A DNA stretch of 64,000 nt from Rickettsiales bacterium (GCA_947442475.1 CANEVP010000003.1:17204-81203), one strand, 5' to 3'. Positions 28,891 to 37,627 are shown, counted from the stretch's first letter. Made by a program: numbers and translations. Notes: generated by a model from the letters alone, not told the origin.

Positions 28891-29359
28891 GCGCAACACC
28901 TCCCTCAATTCCATCCCCCAACAACTCAACTTGGTCGCGAAGCACATACTTGCCATGCCATCCGCCAACATGAAGCTCTCTGTTGGTGATGATATCTAAA
29001 TTATGCCCGCCAGCTAAACCATCTCGCCGCAAAGCTCGGATGTATTCACTGAGCCTCAGCGCAAAAGTTTTGGCTATTTCTAAGGCATTGCAACCAGCCT
29101 CTTTATGCTCAACTAAGCATTTGAGAGTCTTTGCTTTTTGTCCACGTAATCGAAAAACAATTTCTTGGTTGTTTTTGATTAGCTTGAAATCGGCGATTTG
29201 GGTTTCTGGTTTTTGGTTGCCAATAAATTGGCTAGATTTTATGTTCATGGCTACTCCATTGAATTTATTGAGATGCGAGTTTTTAGAGCCTGTAATCACA
29301 CAAGTTTTGCCGACCGAGTGATTGCAGGTTTTTTCATTTTGACGACTGCTATTAGGCAT
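28883..29359 (-). CDS. Winged-helix DNA-binding protein of island/satellite type
   Basis: The C-terminal half LKCLVEHKEAGCNALEIAKTFALRLSEYIRALRRDGLAGGHNLDIITNRE..HGKYVL is winged-helix-like. GGAGGG lies 8 nt upstream of the ATG at 29359. An alternative start is at 29248. Confidence 0.45.
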   Translation of the reverse strand: MPNSSRQNEKTCNHSVGKTCVITGSKNSHLNKFNGVAMNIKSSQFIGNQKPETQIADFKLIKNNQEIVFRLRGQKAKTLKCLVEHKEAGCNALEIAKTFALRLSEYIRALRRDGLAGGHNLDIITNRELHVGGWHGKYVLRDQVELLGDGIEGGVAHD

Positions 29360-29561
29360 GATTATTGCCCTCCATCCACTCGAAGAACCTTTCTTCCAAG
29401 ATGTAGATTTTTCTTCCCACCTTGCGGATGCATTTTGCAAATCCGTTTTGGCTTCCAAAAAATATCCAAGAACGCACCGCGCCCTCGCTAAGATTTTGCC
29501 TCTCACAAAACACTTTTACTGAAAAGTATTTTGGACAGGACTCGATGTTTTGAGTTGTCAT
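29352..29561 (-). CDS. AlpA/excisionase-like small HTH protein
   Basis: 69 aa. It has FSVKVFCERQNLSEGAVRSWIF..KVGRKIYILEERFFEWM and is the first gene of the alpA-wHTH-ATPase operon. Confidence 0.5.
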   Translation of the reverse strand: MTTQNIESCPKYFSVKVFCERQNLSEGAVRSWIFFGSQNGFAKCIRKVGRKIYILEERFFEWMEGNNHA

Positions 29562-29757
29562 GATTTAAGTTTTTTGTTTGATAGACGAAGACAAATTGCA
29601 AAAGCGCAAAATGCATGAGCATCGTAGACAGCAGAGGGCGATAAGGGCAATTCAATCAATCATAACAGCACAAAATAGCGTTATGATTTTGTGTTATGAT
29701 TTTTGAGTGTTGATTTTATTGGCTTGAGAAAAATCAAAACGGAGGCGTTGCAAAATG

Positions 29758-31248
29758 TTATGATTTTTTGACGTTATTTCTTGGTCTTCCTCCCTTTTTC
29801 CACGGGTGATTTTCTGGTAATTTTCCAACAACTTCCTTCCAGCATTTTTCTATGTCTCTGTCAGATAATTTGTATTCACTTATTCCAATTTTTTGATAAG
29901 AATTACCGCTATTGTAGCTTATTTTTGGTAGCAATTTTTTATCCGGATTTCTCTGGATGTCAGCGCTTAATCTAGCTTTAAACTCAGCCAATTTTTTTGA
30001 TTTTTGATTAACCAAATTCTTTGGCGTTAATTTGGAAAAATATTTTGTCTCCATCGCTTGAACATAGGAGCCTACAAACACCGCCTCTTTGATAAATTGC
30101 TCCCTCTCTTTCAATCTTACATCTTCACCCACAAACCAAGTGTGCATTTCTTTGTGAATAGGGGCGGCAATGTGGACTTCCATTTCTTGAAAAAAAACCT
30201 TTTCGGGAAGCAAGCTGCGCGCACGAAGATATGTTAAATGACCAGAAACGAGTTTGATGATTTTATCCTCACTAACCCCAAATTTCTTTATCCACAAAGC
30301 AGCCAACTCTTGGTAATCTAAAAATCTTTCAGGAACCAATTTTTCTGCCTGCTGCTTGAAATAAAAAGTTCGTGTGTAGTCGGAGTCGCTATTTGCATTG
30401 CATCCTTTTGAACAATAAGCATAGCCATCACCATCAATATCACTGCTCTTCAGGGGGGCCAATTCTTTTGGACAAGATAAAAAAATCCATAAATCAATTT
30501 CCCAATCTTTTGCATCAAATTTTTCTTGGTAAAAATCTGTTAACTCAAAATGACTGAGAAGATTATCTCTACTTTCAACCTTCATCATTTCGCCATGAAT
30601 AACCAATCCACGAAAGCCAGTTTGTTTTTGAGAAATAATTAGATCGCCATATTCCTTGTTCGGCGCTTGATCCATCCATCTTTTACCAGTTTTTAAAACA
30701 TACTCAAACTGCTCTTTTGGAATAAGAAAATTTTTTGGAAAAAATACCGAATAATCCACTTCCAAAACCTCATCAGGAAGAACGGTTGCAGATTCTTTAT
30801 CTTCCGCCGCAATGCTTCTTTTGGGGCTTTTTATTCGCTTAGTTTTTTCTTCTTCATATTTTTCACCAAAAGCCTTACGCATTGAGTCTGTTATTTTAAG
30901 ACTCGGCACACCGCCAGACTGCCGTACCACCACAAGATTTTTATCTCTGTTGTGAATTCTCGTTAAAAACTCACTGTAAGTTATTTCAGCAAGCAAGTCG
31001 GCTTTTTTGAGGCCTACTAATCTGCGAACAAAATCATCGCCATCATAAACGTCAAAGAAATCGTTTTTCATCATGTCGTTTAGATTTTCGACAATCGAGT
31101 AAGATAAGTGCGAACCTCTCATCTGATGCCAATTTTCACCTTCTAGTTTTTCACCAATAAGGTCGAAGGCTTCGCTGAGATTGAGATAGTTTTCAGCCTC
31201 TTTTTTGCTAATTTTTTTCTTTGGTTTTGTTGATGGAAGGATAATCAT
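29758..31248 (-). CDS. Hypothetical 496-aa protein, translationally coupled to the integrase
   Basis: It is a long uninterrupted ORF whose start overlaps the integrase stop by 4 nt. I recognise no motif. Confidence 0.6.
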   Translation of the reverse strand: MIILPSTKPKKKISKKEAENYLNLSEAFDLIGEKLEGENWHQMRGSHLSYSIVENLNDMMKNDFFDVYDGDDFVRRLVGLKKADLLAEITYSEFLTRIHNRDKNLVVVRQSGGVPSLKITDSMRKAFGEKYEEEKTKRIKSPKRSIAAEDKESATVLPDEVLEVDYSVFFPKNFLIPKEQFEYVLKTGKRWMDQAPNKEYGDLIISQKQTGFRGLVIHGEMMKVESRDNLLSHFELTDFYQEKFDAKDWEIDLWIFLSCPKELAPLKSSDIDGDGYAYCSKGCNANSDSDYTRTFYFKQQAEKLVPERFLDYQELAALWIKKFGVSEDKIIKLVSGHLTYLRARSLLPEKVFFQEMEVHIAAPIHKEMHTWFVGEDVRLKEREQFIKEAVFVGSYVQAMETKYFSKLTPKNLVNQKSKKLAEFKARLSADIQRNPDKKLLPKISYNSGNSYQKIGISEYKLSDRDIEKCWKEVVGKLPENHPWKKGGRPRNNVKKS

Positions 31249-32312
31249 TGTTTTGCTCCAAAAATCTTACTATTCATCCTCTCCACCACCCCAGCAGTAT
31301 GTGCATCAGAAATATGAGAATAGCGCTTCACCATACTCAAAGTTTTATGCCCAAGCACGCCCGCAATTTCTGCCAGCGTTGCGCCGTTCATGGCTAAATA
31401 ACTTGCGCAAGAGTGTCTGAGGTCATGCCATTTAAAATCTTCAATCTCAGCCTTCTGTAATGCGCTTTCAAAAGGGGTGCGGATGTCGATTGGGGTTTGC
31501 AGATTCTTTGCGGGAAAAACCAACTCGGTGTTTTTGTTGCGGTTTTTGTAGTGCGCTTTCATCAAATCTTTGGCAATGCCAACCAGCGGTAAAGAGCGGC
31601 GCTCGCCGTTTTTGGTGTCGTGCAAAATTATCATGCCGCGGTTCAAATCGACATCTTTCCATTCAAGACTTCTTATTTCCATTTTTCTTGCGCCAGTGCT
31701 AATGCCAAGCACCACCAAAATGTAGAGGAAGGGGCTTGAGCTTTCTTGACAGGCTTCAAGTAATCTTTCGCGCTCTTCATCATTTAAAAATCTAACTCTG
31801 CCACGCGGCTCTTTGAGTTTTTTTATTTTCATCATCGGGTTTTCTTGCATCCAACCCCATTCTTTAACGGCGATGGTGAAGGCGTGACTAAGAACCGAGC
31901 AATAACGATTGACGGTGGCATTGCTTCTTTTAGCGCCCTTGCGTTCGCTTTTTTCTAGCGCCAGCTTGCTTCTATATTCGGTGATTAATGCAGGCGTGAC
32001 ATCTGCTAACGAGAAACTGCCCATGCTGCTTTTCCAACAGCCAAGTTGGGTTTTTTGGTCGATGGTGCTTTTTGGTTTTTGCGGTAAAATTTCTTTGATG
32101 TAGCGCTCAACCAAATCTTTGACGGTATGTTTTTTTGACTCAGAGGTTTTGAAGTGCCTTCCTTCTCGAATTGCTGATTCAGTGTCTTGAACCCATTTCT
32201 TTGCGTCAGTTAATCTGGCAAAAGTTGCGCTTTGGGTTGGATAGCCTTTGAGGCGCACCTTAGCGCGATAAGATGTTGCGCTGTTGGTGGTTCTTTTTTC
32301 GATTGTTGCCAT
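31245..32312 (-). CDS. int: Tyrosine site-specific integrase
   Basis: 355 aa. It has the catalytic signature ..TGARKMEI.. HDLRHSCASYLAMNG .. LGHKTLSMVKRYSH and lies adjacent to tRNA-Thr. Confidence 0.93.
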   Translation of the reverse strand: MATIEKRTTNSATSYRAKVRLKGYPTQSATFARLTDAKKWVQDTESAIREGRHFKTSESKKHTVKDLVERYIKEILPQKPKSTIDQKTQLGCWKSSMGSFSLADVTPALITEYRSKLALEKSERKGAKRSNATVNRYCSVLSHAFTIAVKEWGWMQENPMMKIKKLKEPRGRVRFLNDEERERLLEACQESSSPFLYILVVLGISTGARKMEIRSLEWKDVDLNRGMIILHDTKNGERRSLPLVGIAKDLMKAHYKNRNKNTELVFPAKNLQTPIDIRTPFESALQKAEIEDFKWHDLRHSCASYLAMNGATLAEIAGVLGHKTLSMVKRYSHISDAHTAGVVERMNSKIFGAKQ

Positions 32313-32457
32313 TTGCGTGATTTTTTATTTCTAAAATTCGATTTCGCAAAAAACTAGAAATCACCACAATAAAATGCAACAACTGATGACTAATCAGAAG
32401 TAAAATCTTTCTAAAGCATTGATAACAAAGGAAATAAAAAACCAGACTTTGTCTTTT

Positions 32458-32474
32458 GGGACACTTAAGGGACA
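32458..32474 (-). repeat. Inverted copy of the GTGTCCC half-site pair (TGTCCCTTAAGTGTCCC on the minus strand)
   Basis: The + strand reads GGGACACTTAAGGGACA. It lies about 150 bp upstream of the int start. Confidence 0.55.
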
Positions 32475-32600
32475 TTTTTAAGACAAAATCATGCCAAAAG
32501 ATTAAAAAAACTCTTTTGTTTAGGCGGTAAGAATAAGGCTAAGAAAAAATGAAGAAGAAAAACTTATCTGCTTAAGGATTGTTGCAGTTTTTGATGTTTT

Positions 32601-32620
32601 AGTGTCCCGCCAGTGTCCCA
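32601..32620 (+). repeat. Island-end 20-mer AGTGTCCCGCCAGTGTCCCA, copy 2
   Basis: It is an exact copy of 24516-24535 and lies 45 bp inside the tRNA-proximal att repeat. Confidence 0.85.
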
Positions 32621-32668
32621 TTTGGAATTTTTTGAGAACTGATAATTTGGCTGGAGACTAGAGAGAGA

Positions 32669-32743
32669 TGGTGCCGAATGTCGGATTTGAACTGACGACC
32701 TACTGTTTACAAGACAGTTGCTCTACCACTGAGCTAATTCGGC
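32669..32743 (-). tRNA. tRNA-Thr (UGU)
   Basis: The reverse complement reads GCCGAAT-TA-GCTC-AGTGGTA-GAGC-A-ACTGT-CTTGTAA-ACAGT-AGGTC-GTCAG-TTCAAAT-CCGAC-ATTCGGC-ACCA. The anticodon is TGT, and the T stem has one A-C mismatch. Confidence 0.92.
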
Positions 32744-32813
32744 TTTTTTGACAAGGGGGGCAAACTATTTTTGAGATGCAAAACTGCAAGAAATTTCTCT
32801 TAGAAATAAAAAA

Positions 32814-32845
32814 CCGGATCAACCTTTTGGCTGACCCGGTTTTTT
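32814..32845 (-). terminator. Terminator downstream of the Ala-rich protein gene
   Basis: CCGGATCAACC-TTTT-GGCTGACCCGG is flanked by A- and T-runs. The two non-Watson-Crick positions become G-U pairs on the minus-strand RNA. Confidence 0.6.
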
Positions 32846-32866
32846 AAAAACTTTGTAAAAAGTTAA

Positions 32867-33187
32867 TTACTTTTTAGCAGGAGCTTCAACTGCAGCAGCT
32901 GCAGGAGCAGCAACTTCAGCTTTAACTTCAGCTTTTTTAGCTTTAGCTTTTTTAGCTTTTTTAACAGCAGCTTCAGCAGCTGGAGCAGCAACTTCAGCTT
33001 TAGCGGCAGGAGCAGCAGCTACTGGAGCAGCGGCTTTAACTTCAGCTTTAACAGCAACTGGAGCAGCTGGAGCAGCGGCTTTAGCAGCTACAGGAGCAGC
33101 AGCTTTAACTTCAGCTTTAACAGCTTGAGCTTGAGCAGCAGTAGCAAATAGAGAAACTGCAGCGATGATAAGAGATAATTTTTTCAT
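32867..33187 (-). CDS. Secreted Ala/Lys/Pro/Val-rich low-complexity repeat protein
   Basis: It has a signal peptide MKKLSLIIAAVSLFATAAQAQA followed by repeats of (KAEVKAAAPVAA)n and KKAKKAKAKKAE. The likely start is the MKK at 33187, not the track start at 33226. Confidence 0.6.
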   Translation of the reverse strand: MKKLSLIIAAVSLFATAAQAQAVKAEVKAAAPVAAKAAAPAAPVAVKAEVKAAAPVAAAPAAKAEVAAPAAEAAVKKAKKAKAKKAEVKAEVAAPAAAAVEAPAKK

Positions 33188-33342
33188 TGTTTTTGAACCA
33201 AATTGGTTTTGATAGATGCCAGTCATTGCTGACTAGTTTCTTTCGAGGGCTACTTCGTTTTCTTGTGGTTTTTTTGACAAACTAAAGTAGCGAAGCAGCT
33301 GAAAGGCGGCGGCAAAATATGAACGCGATTTTGCTTGTCAAA

Positions 33343-34767
33343 CTAAAAGTGAATTACTTTGCCGTAGGCATCCAAAACGGCTTCATGCATCATTTCCGAC
33401 ATTGTTGGATGTGCGAAAATTGTGTGCATTAAATCCTCTTCTGTGAGCTCAGCTTGTTTAGCAATTACGTAACCTTGGATCATCTCAGTAACCTCAGCGC
33501 CAATCAAATGGGCGCCTAAAAGTTCGCCGGTTTTTTCATCAAAAATTACTTTGATTAATCCATCAGTTTCGCCCATCGCAATAGCTTTACCGTTGGCAGC
33601 GTAAGGGAAGCGGCCGACTTTAATTTTTTTGCCCGCAGCAATTGCTTTTTTCTCGGTCAAGCCAACTGAAGCGATTTGCGGCATTGAGTAAGTGCATCCT
33701 GGAATATTCTCAACTTTGATTGGGTGAACTTTCTTAGCGTCGTATTTGCCAAGCTTGCTCGCAATTTTTTCTGCGGCAATTGAACCTTCGTGAGAAGCTT
33801 TGTGAGCCAACCAAGGTGCGCCAACCACGTCGCCAATCGCAAAAATGTTTGGCTCAGCTGTTTCTAAATATCCGTTAGCGATGATGCTGCCTTTATCGAT
33901 TTTTACTTTGGTTTTTTCGAGTCCCAAATTTTCCACATTAGCCACGATACCTACAGCCATGATGACTTTCTCGGCTTTAATTTCGACAATCTTTCCAGCA
34001 ATTTCAACTAAAGCGGTAACTTCACCTTTACCTTTTTTCAAAGATTTCAACGCCGCGCCCGTGTGAATTTTAATGCCTTGTTTTTCGAAAGATTTGCGCG
34101 CCAATTTTGAAATTTCCTCATCTTCAACCGGCAAAATATTTTCGGCCATTTCAATTAGCGTAACTTCTGAGCCCATGTTTTTGTAAAATGATGCGAATTC
34201 CGAACCAATCGCGCCCGACCCCACAACCAACAAAGATTTTGGCAAAGCCTTTGGCGTCATGGCTTCGCGGTAAGTCCAAATATTTTCAACATCGGGCTCC
34301 ATGCCAGGAATCACACGTGCTCTAGCGCCAGTGGCCACAATAAAATAAGCGGCTTCAACTTGCGTCACTAATTTGCCGTCTTTTTCAACTGAGATTTTTT
34401 TGGCATCCAAAAATTTTGCAAAACCTTCAATCACTTCGATTTTATTTTTTTTCATCAAGCCCGCAATTCCGCCGCTGAGCTTTTTGGAAACGCCGCGCGA
34501 GCGTTCGATAATTTTTGCAAAATCAAATTTCACATCCTTAACGCTAAATCCAAACTGGTCTAAATTGTGCAAAAGATGATGAACTTCGGCTGATTTCAAA
34601 AGCGCCTTAGTTGGAATACAGCCCCAGTTTAAGCAGATGCCGCCCAAATGATTAGCCTCGACAATTGCCACCTTTAAACCTAATTGCGCCGCGCGAATTG
34701 CCGCAACGTAACCGCCGGGACCGGCACCAATAACGCAAAGGTCGAATTTTTTTGCTGAATCTGTCAT
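33343..34767 (-). CDS. lpdA: Dihydrolipoyl dehydrogenase (E3)
   Basis: 474 aa. It has the FAD motif GAGPGGYVAAIRAAQLG, the redox disulfide GGICLNWGCIPTK, and a C-terminal HAHPTMSE. Confidence 0.96.
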   Translation of the reverse strand: MTDSAKKFDLCVIGAGPGGYVAAIRAAQLGLKVAIVEANHLGGICLNWGCIPTKALLKSAEVHHLLHNLDQFGFSVKDVKFDFAKIIERSRGVSKKLSGGIAGLMKKNKIEVIEGFAKFLDAKKISVEKDGKLVTQVEAAYFIVATGARARVIPGMEPDVENIWTYREAMTPKALPKSLLVVGSGAIGSEFASFYKNMGSEVTLIEMAENILPVEDEEISKLARKSFEKQGIKIHTGAALKSLKKGKGEVTALVEIAGKIVEIKAEKVIMAVGIVANVENLGLEKTKVKIDKGSIIANGYLETAEPNIFAIGDVVGAPWLAHKASHEGSIAAEKIASKLGKYDAKKVHPIKVENIPGCTYSMPQIASVGLTEKKAIAAGKKIKVGRFPYAANGKAIAMGETDGLIKVIFDEKTGELLGAHLIGAEVTEMIQGYVIAKQAELTEEDLMHTIFAHPTMSEMMHEAVLDAYGKVIHF

Positions 34768-34782
34768 GTTTTAAATACCTGA

Positions 34783-34986
34783 TTATTTTGAAGAATTATT
34801 TACTTTGGTCGAGCTTTGGTTTTGCCCTGGTTTTGAATTTTGCACAGGAACTTGATGTGGCACAAGCCTAAAACTCGGAATACCTACGGGAGGAGGCAGC
34901 GTATTTTCATTTGGCTTATGCGGGTTGGTATATCCCTTAAAAGTAAGATCATTCCAAGAAGAATATTCTTTATTGTCTTTTGCCAT
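34783..34986 (-). CDS. Hypothetical small protein (67 aa from the ATG at 34986)
   Basis: MAKDNKEYSSWNDLTFKGY..; I recognise no family. The track ORF begins at an upstream TTG. Confidence 0.3.
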   Translation of the reverse strand: MAKDNKEYSSWNDLTFKGYTNPHKPNENTLPPPVGIPSFRLVPHQVPVQNSKPGQNQSSTKVNNSSK

Positions 34987-35347
34987 TTTTAGACTCTTTT
35001 TTGATTGATAGAAATTCGATAAAAAATTCTCTGTGGTCAAAAACTAAATAAATTTTTGCCATCTCTGCGAGAAGCTCGCCCGTTGGATTTTGGTAGATTT
35101 TAGCATTCAATAAAACAATTTCTTTCTCTAATTTTTCTTCTGAAATTTTGTACACCACGCCCGAATAAATAAGATCTCTTTTTTGATCATAAATTCTAAT
35201 AAAGGCGTCAGACTCATTCTCTTTCATGTGTCCGTGAAGTGATGAACACCACAAATCATCCTCTCCATCTCGCAAGGTGATTTTACCCCACTGCATCGCA
35301 CGCACTATCCATTTTTTGTGAGATCCCAAAACTGAAATCGCACCCAA
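34970..35347 (-). CDS. Hypothetical protein (125 aa)
   Basis: It is an ORF with no recognisable motif. It overlaps the next small ORF by 17 nt. Confidence 0.4.
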   Translation of the reverse strand: MGAISVLGSHKKWIVRAMQWGKITLRDGEDDLWCSSLHGHMKENESDAFIRIYDQKRDLIYSGVVYKISEEKLEKEIVLLNAKIYQNPTGELLAEMAKIYLVFDHREFFIEFLSIKKESKNGKRQ

Positions 35348-35461
35348 TAAAACATTAGCATTTTTTGGTGAGAAAAATTAAATTTGTGTAGAAAAAATAA
35401 GACCGAGAGAAGAGTGTGAGCACCCTAAATTTGCCTCCCCAAAACATCAATATTTTATCTC

Positions 35462-36557
35462 ATGAGCGCCGAAATTGAAAATTTGATCAGCCAGATCTCG
35501 ACCTCTCTGGCATTGATTAAGAGGTGTCTTTGAACCAGAAGTTTTGCAAGAAAAACTCGAATCGCTAAACGCAAAATCGCAAGATCCTAATTTGTGGAAT
35601 AATCAGCTCGAAGCCCAATTAATTCTCAAAGAAAAATCACTTTTAGAAACGCAGCTCAATGCCTTTTTAGCAATTCAAAATGGCTTAAAAGACAATCGCG
35701 AATATTTTGATTTAGCCAAGCTGGAAGGCGATGCGCAACTTATTGGTGACATTGAAAAAAACCTCACAGCTTTAAGAAAAACCTCCGACACTTTCGAAGT
35801 TGAATGTCTATTTTCCGGTGAAGTTGACGGCAATAACTGCTTCCTCGACATCAATGCGGGGGCGGGTGGAACCGACTCTTGCGATTTCGGCTCAATGCTG
35901 CTTCGCATGTATGAAAGATTCGCCGCCTCAAAAAAATTCAAAGTCGAAATCGTCAATATGCTTGAAGGCGAAGAAGCGGGAATTCGCTCAGCCACCATCA
36001 AAATTTCGGGGCATTTTGCTTACGGTTGGATGAAGATGGAATCAGGCGTGCACCGGCTGGTCCGCATTTCGCCTTTTAACGCCAACGACAAAAGACAGAC
36101 CAGTTTCACCTCAGTTTGGGTCTATCCAGAAATTGACGACACCATTGAAATTGATCTGCAGGAAAAAGATTTACGCATTGATGTTTTTAGATCATCGGGG
36201 CCTGGCGGACAATCGGTAAATACAACCGATTCAGCAGTGCGAATGACTCACTTACCAAGCGGAATTGTCGTGCAATGCCAAAACGACCGCTCACAAATTA
36301 GAAATCGCGCTGAATGCATGAAGATGCTAAAATCGAGGCTCTACGACCTTGAGATAAAAAAACAAAAAGACGTTCTAGCCAAAAGCGAAAGTGAAAAAAC
36401 CGACAATAGTTGGGGCCACCAAATTCGTTCTTACGTGCTGCATCCCTACCAAATGGTCAAAGATTTGCGCACCGATTACGAAACTGGAAATATCCAAGCA
36501 GTTTTAGATGGCGGCCTTGAAGGCTTCATCAAAGCGGCTTTAACTGAAAAAATGTAA
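35462..36557 (+). CDS. prfB: Peptide chain release factor 2, with programmed +1 frameshift
   Basis: Frame 0 (35462-35530) encodes MSAEIENLISQISTSLALIKRCL and runs into CTT TGA. The +1 frame continues from 35532 as EPEVLQEKLESLN... to 36557. It has the GGQ motif SSGPGGQSVN and the SPF motif. Confidence 0.95.
35519..35534 (+). promoter_or_regulatory. RF2 autoregulatory +1 frameshift site
   Basis: AAGAGG (SD-like) is followed by TGT, then CTT TGA A. The slippery CTT-T and in-frame UGA match the classic prfB site. Confidence 0.9.
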
Positions 36558-36561
36558 ATTT

Positions 36562-37011
36562 ATGCGCTGCCCATTTTGCGGAAATATTGAAACTCAAGTT
36601 AAAGATAGTCGCATTTCAGATGATGGCGAATCGGTGAAAAGAAGGCGTTATTGCGCCGCTTGCGATTCACGATTTACAACTTTTGAACGCGTGCAATTGC
36701 GCGAAATTTTAGTGATTAAGAAAAATGGCGAGAAGAAAATTTTTGACCCAGAAAAGTTAAAAAAATCAATCGAGATGGCGGTACGAAAAAGACCCGTTGC
36801 CGAGCTGCAGGTAGAAAAACTCGTGAACAACATTGTGCGGCAGTTGGAGATGGAAAATGAAACAGAAATTTCTTCGTCAAAAATTGGTGAATTGGTGATG
36901 ACGGCGCTGGAAAAGTTGGATAAAGTTGCGTTTGTCAGGTTTGCCTCAGTTTACAAAAACTTTGAGAAGGCGGATGATTTTCAGAAGTTTATTAAGCAGG
37001 TGGTGAAGTAG
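36562..37011 (+). CDS. nrdR: Transcriptional repressor NrdR
   Basis: 149 aa. It has the zinc ribbon MRCPFCG..CAACDSRFTTFE plus an ATP-cone. Confidence 0.95.
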   Translation: MRCPFCGNIETQVKDSRISDDGESVKRRRYCAACDSRFTTFERVQLREILVIKKNGEKKIFDPEKLKKSIEMAVRKRPVAELQVEKLVNNIVRQLEMENETEISSSKIGELVMTALEKLDKVAFVRFASVYKNFEKADDFQKFIKQVVK

Positions 37012-37044
37012 TAAGCATTTTTTAGCAGATTCAAACTAAGTATC

Positions 37045-37158
37045 GCGCTGACTGGACCCCGTCGTGAAGACGGGGTGACAATCGAGAATGCGGAAAATCC
37101 TCGAGCCATATACACATTCAGCGTTACCCCGTCTTCACGACGGGTCCCAGTCAGCGGC
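37045..37158. repeat. Nested GC-rich inverted-repeat (MITE/REP-like) element
   Basis: The arms are GCGCTGACTGGACCCCGTCGTGAAGACGGGGTGAC and GTTACCCCGTCTTCACGACGGGTCCCAGTCAGCGGC, about 33 bp each with about 3 mismatches. Each arm contains its own CCCCGTC-N5-GACGGGG hairpin. The spacer between arms is about 43 bp. Confidence 0.8.
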
Positions 37159-37165
37159 ACTTGAC

Positions 37166-37606
37166 TTATGAATGGCTTAGATCTCTTACCAAAACTTCTC
37201 GCACCTCTTCGCCCATTTCCGCAACAGCTTTAATTTCAATTTCTAAATAATTTTTACGCAAAAACTCCGCCGCAATTTCTGGCCATTCGATCAAACAAAT
37301 TCCATTTTTTAGCGCATCGAAGAAGCCAATATTTTCAAGCTCTTTAGCGCTTTTTAAGCGATACAAATCAAAGTGAAAAATCTCGCCTTTTTTGCTTTCG
37401 TAAGAATAAACTAAATTGAAAGTTGGGCTTAAAACTTCGACTGGTTTTTCACTTAAAAAATTGACAAAATTTTTGGCAAAAAAACTTTTGCCCGCGCCCA
37501 AAGTTCCTTTTAAACCAATCACATCTCCCGCGCGCGCCTGAGCAGCAACTTCCTTGGCAAAATCTGCCATTTCTAGCGGGCTATTAATGAGTATTTTTTT
37601 GGTCAT
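37166..37606 (-). CDS. tsaE: tRNA t6A biosynthesis ATPase TsaE
   Basis: 146 aa. It has the P-loop GTLGAGKS, SPTFNLV and FHFDLYRL. Confidence 0.9.
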   Translation of the reverse strand: MTKKILINSPLEMADFAKEVAAQARAGDVIGLKGTLGAGKSFFAKNFVNFLSEKPVEVLSPTFNLVYSYESKKGEIFHFDLYRLKSAKELENIGFFDALKNGICLIEWPEIAAEFLRKNYLEIEIKAVAEMGEEVREVLVRDLSHS

Positions 37607-37627
37607 TATTTTGCACTTTTTTTAAAA

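Larger units (their letters stand above)
24351..32713 (-). mobile_element. 8.3-kb integrative element (satellite/IME-like) inserted in the 3' end of tRNA-Thr(UGU)
   Basis: An exact 49-bp direct repeat (24351-24399 = 32665-32713) comprises the 3' 45 nt of the tRNA. The integrase lies next to the intact tRNA. The content is mobile-element-like: AlpA, a RepA-like ATPase, iterons, Fic and XRE genes. Confidence 0.9.

Noticed and set aside
28983-29506. Plus-strand ORFs 28983-29321 and 29198-29491, and the N-terminal 50-86 residues of the 207-aa minus-strand ORF
   Set aside because: The plus-strand ORFs are antisense to the island operon. The long N-terminal extension would overlap the AlpA-like gene, and internal starts with good RBS (29359 or 29248) fit the operon structure better.
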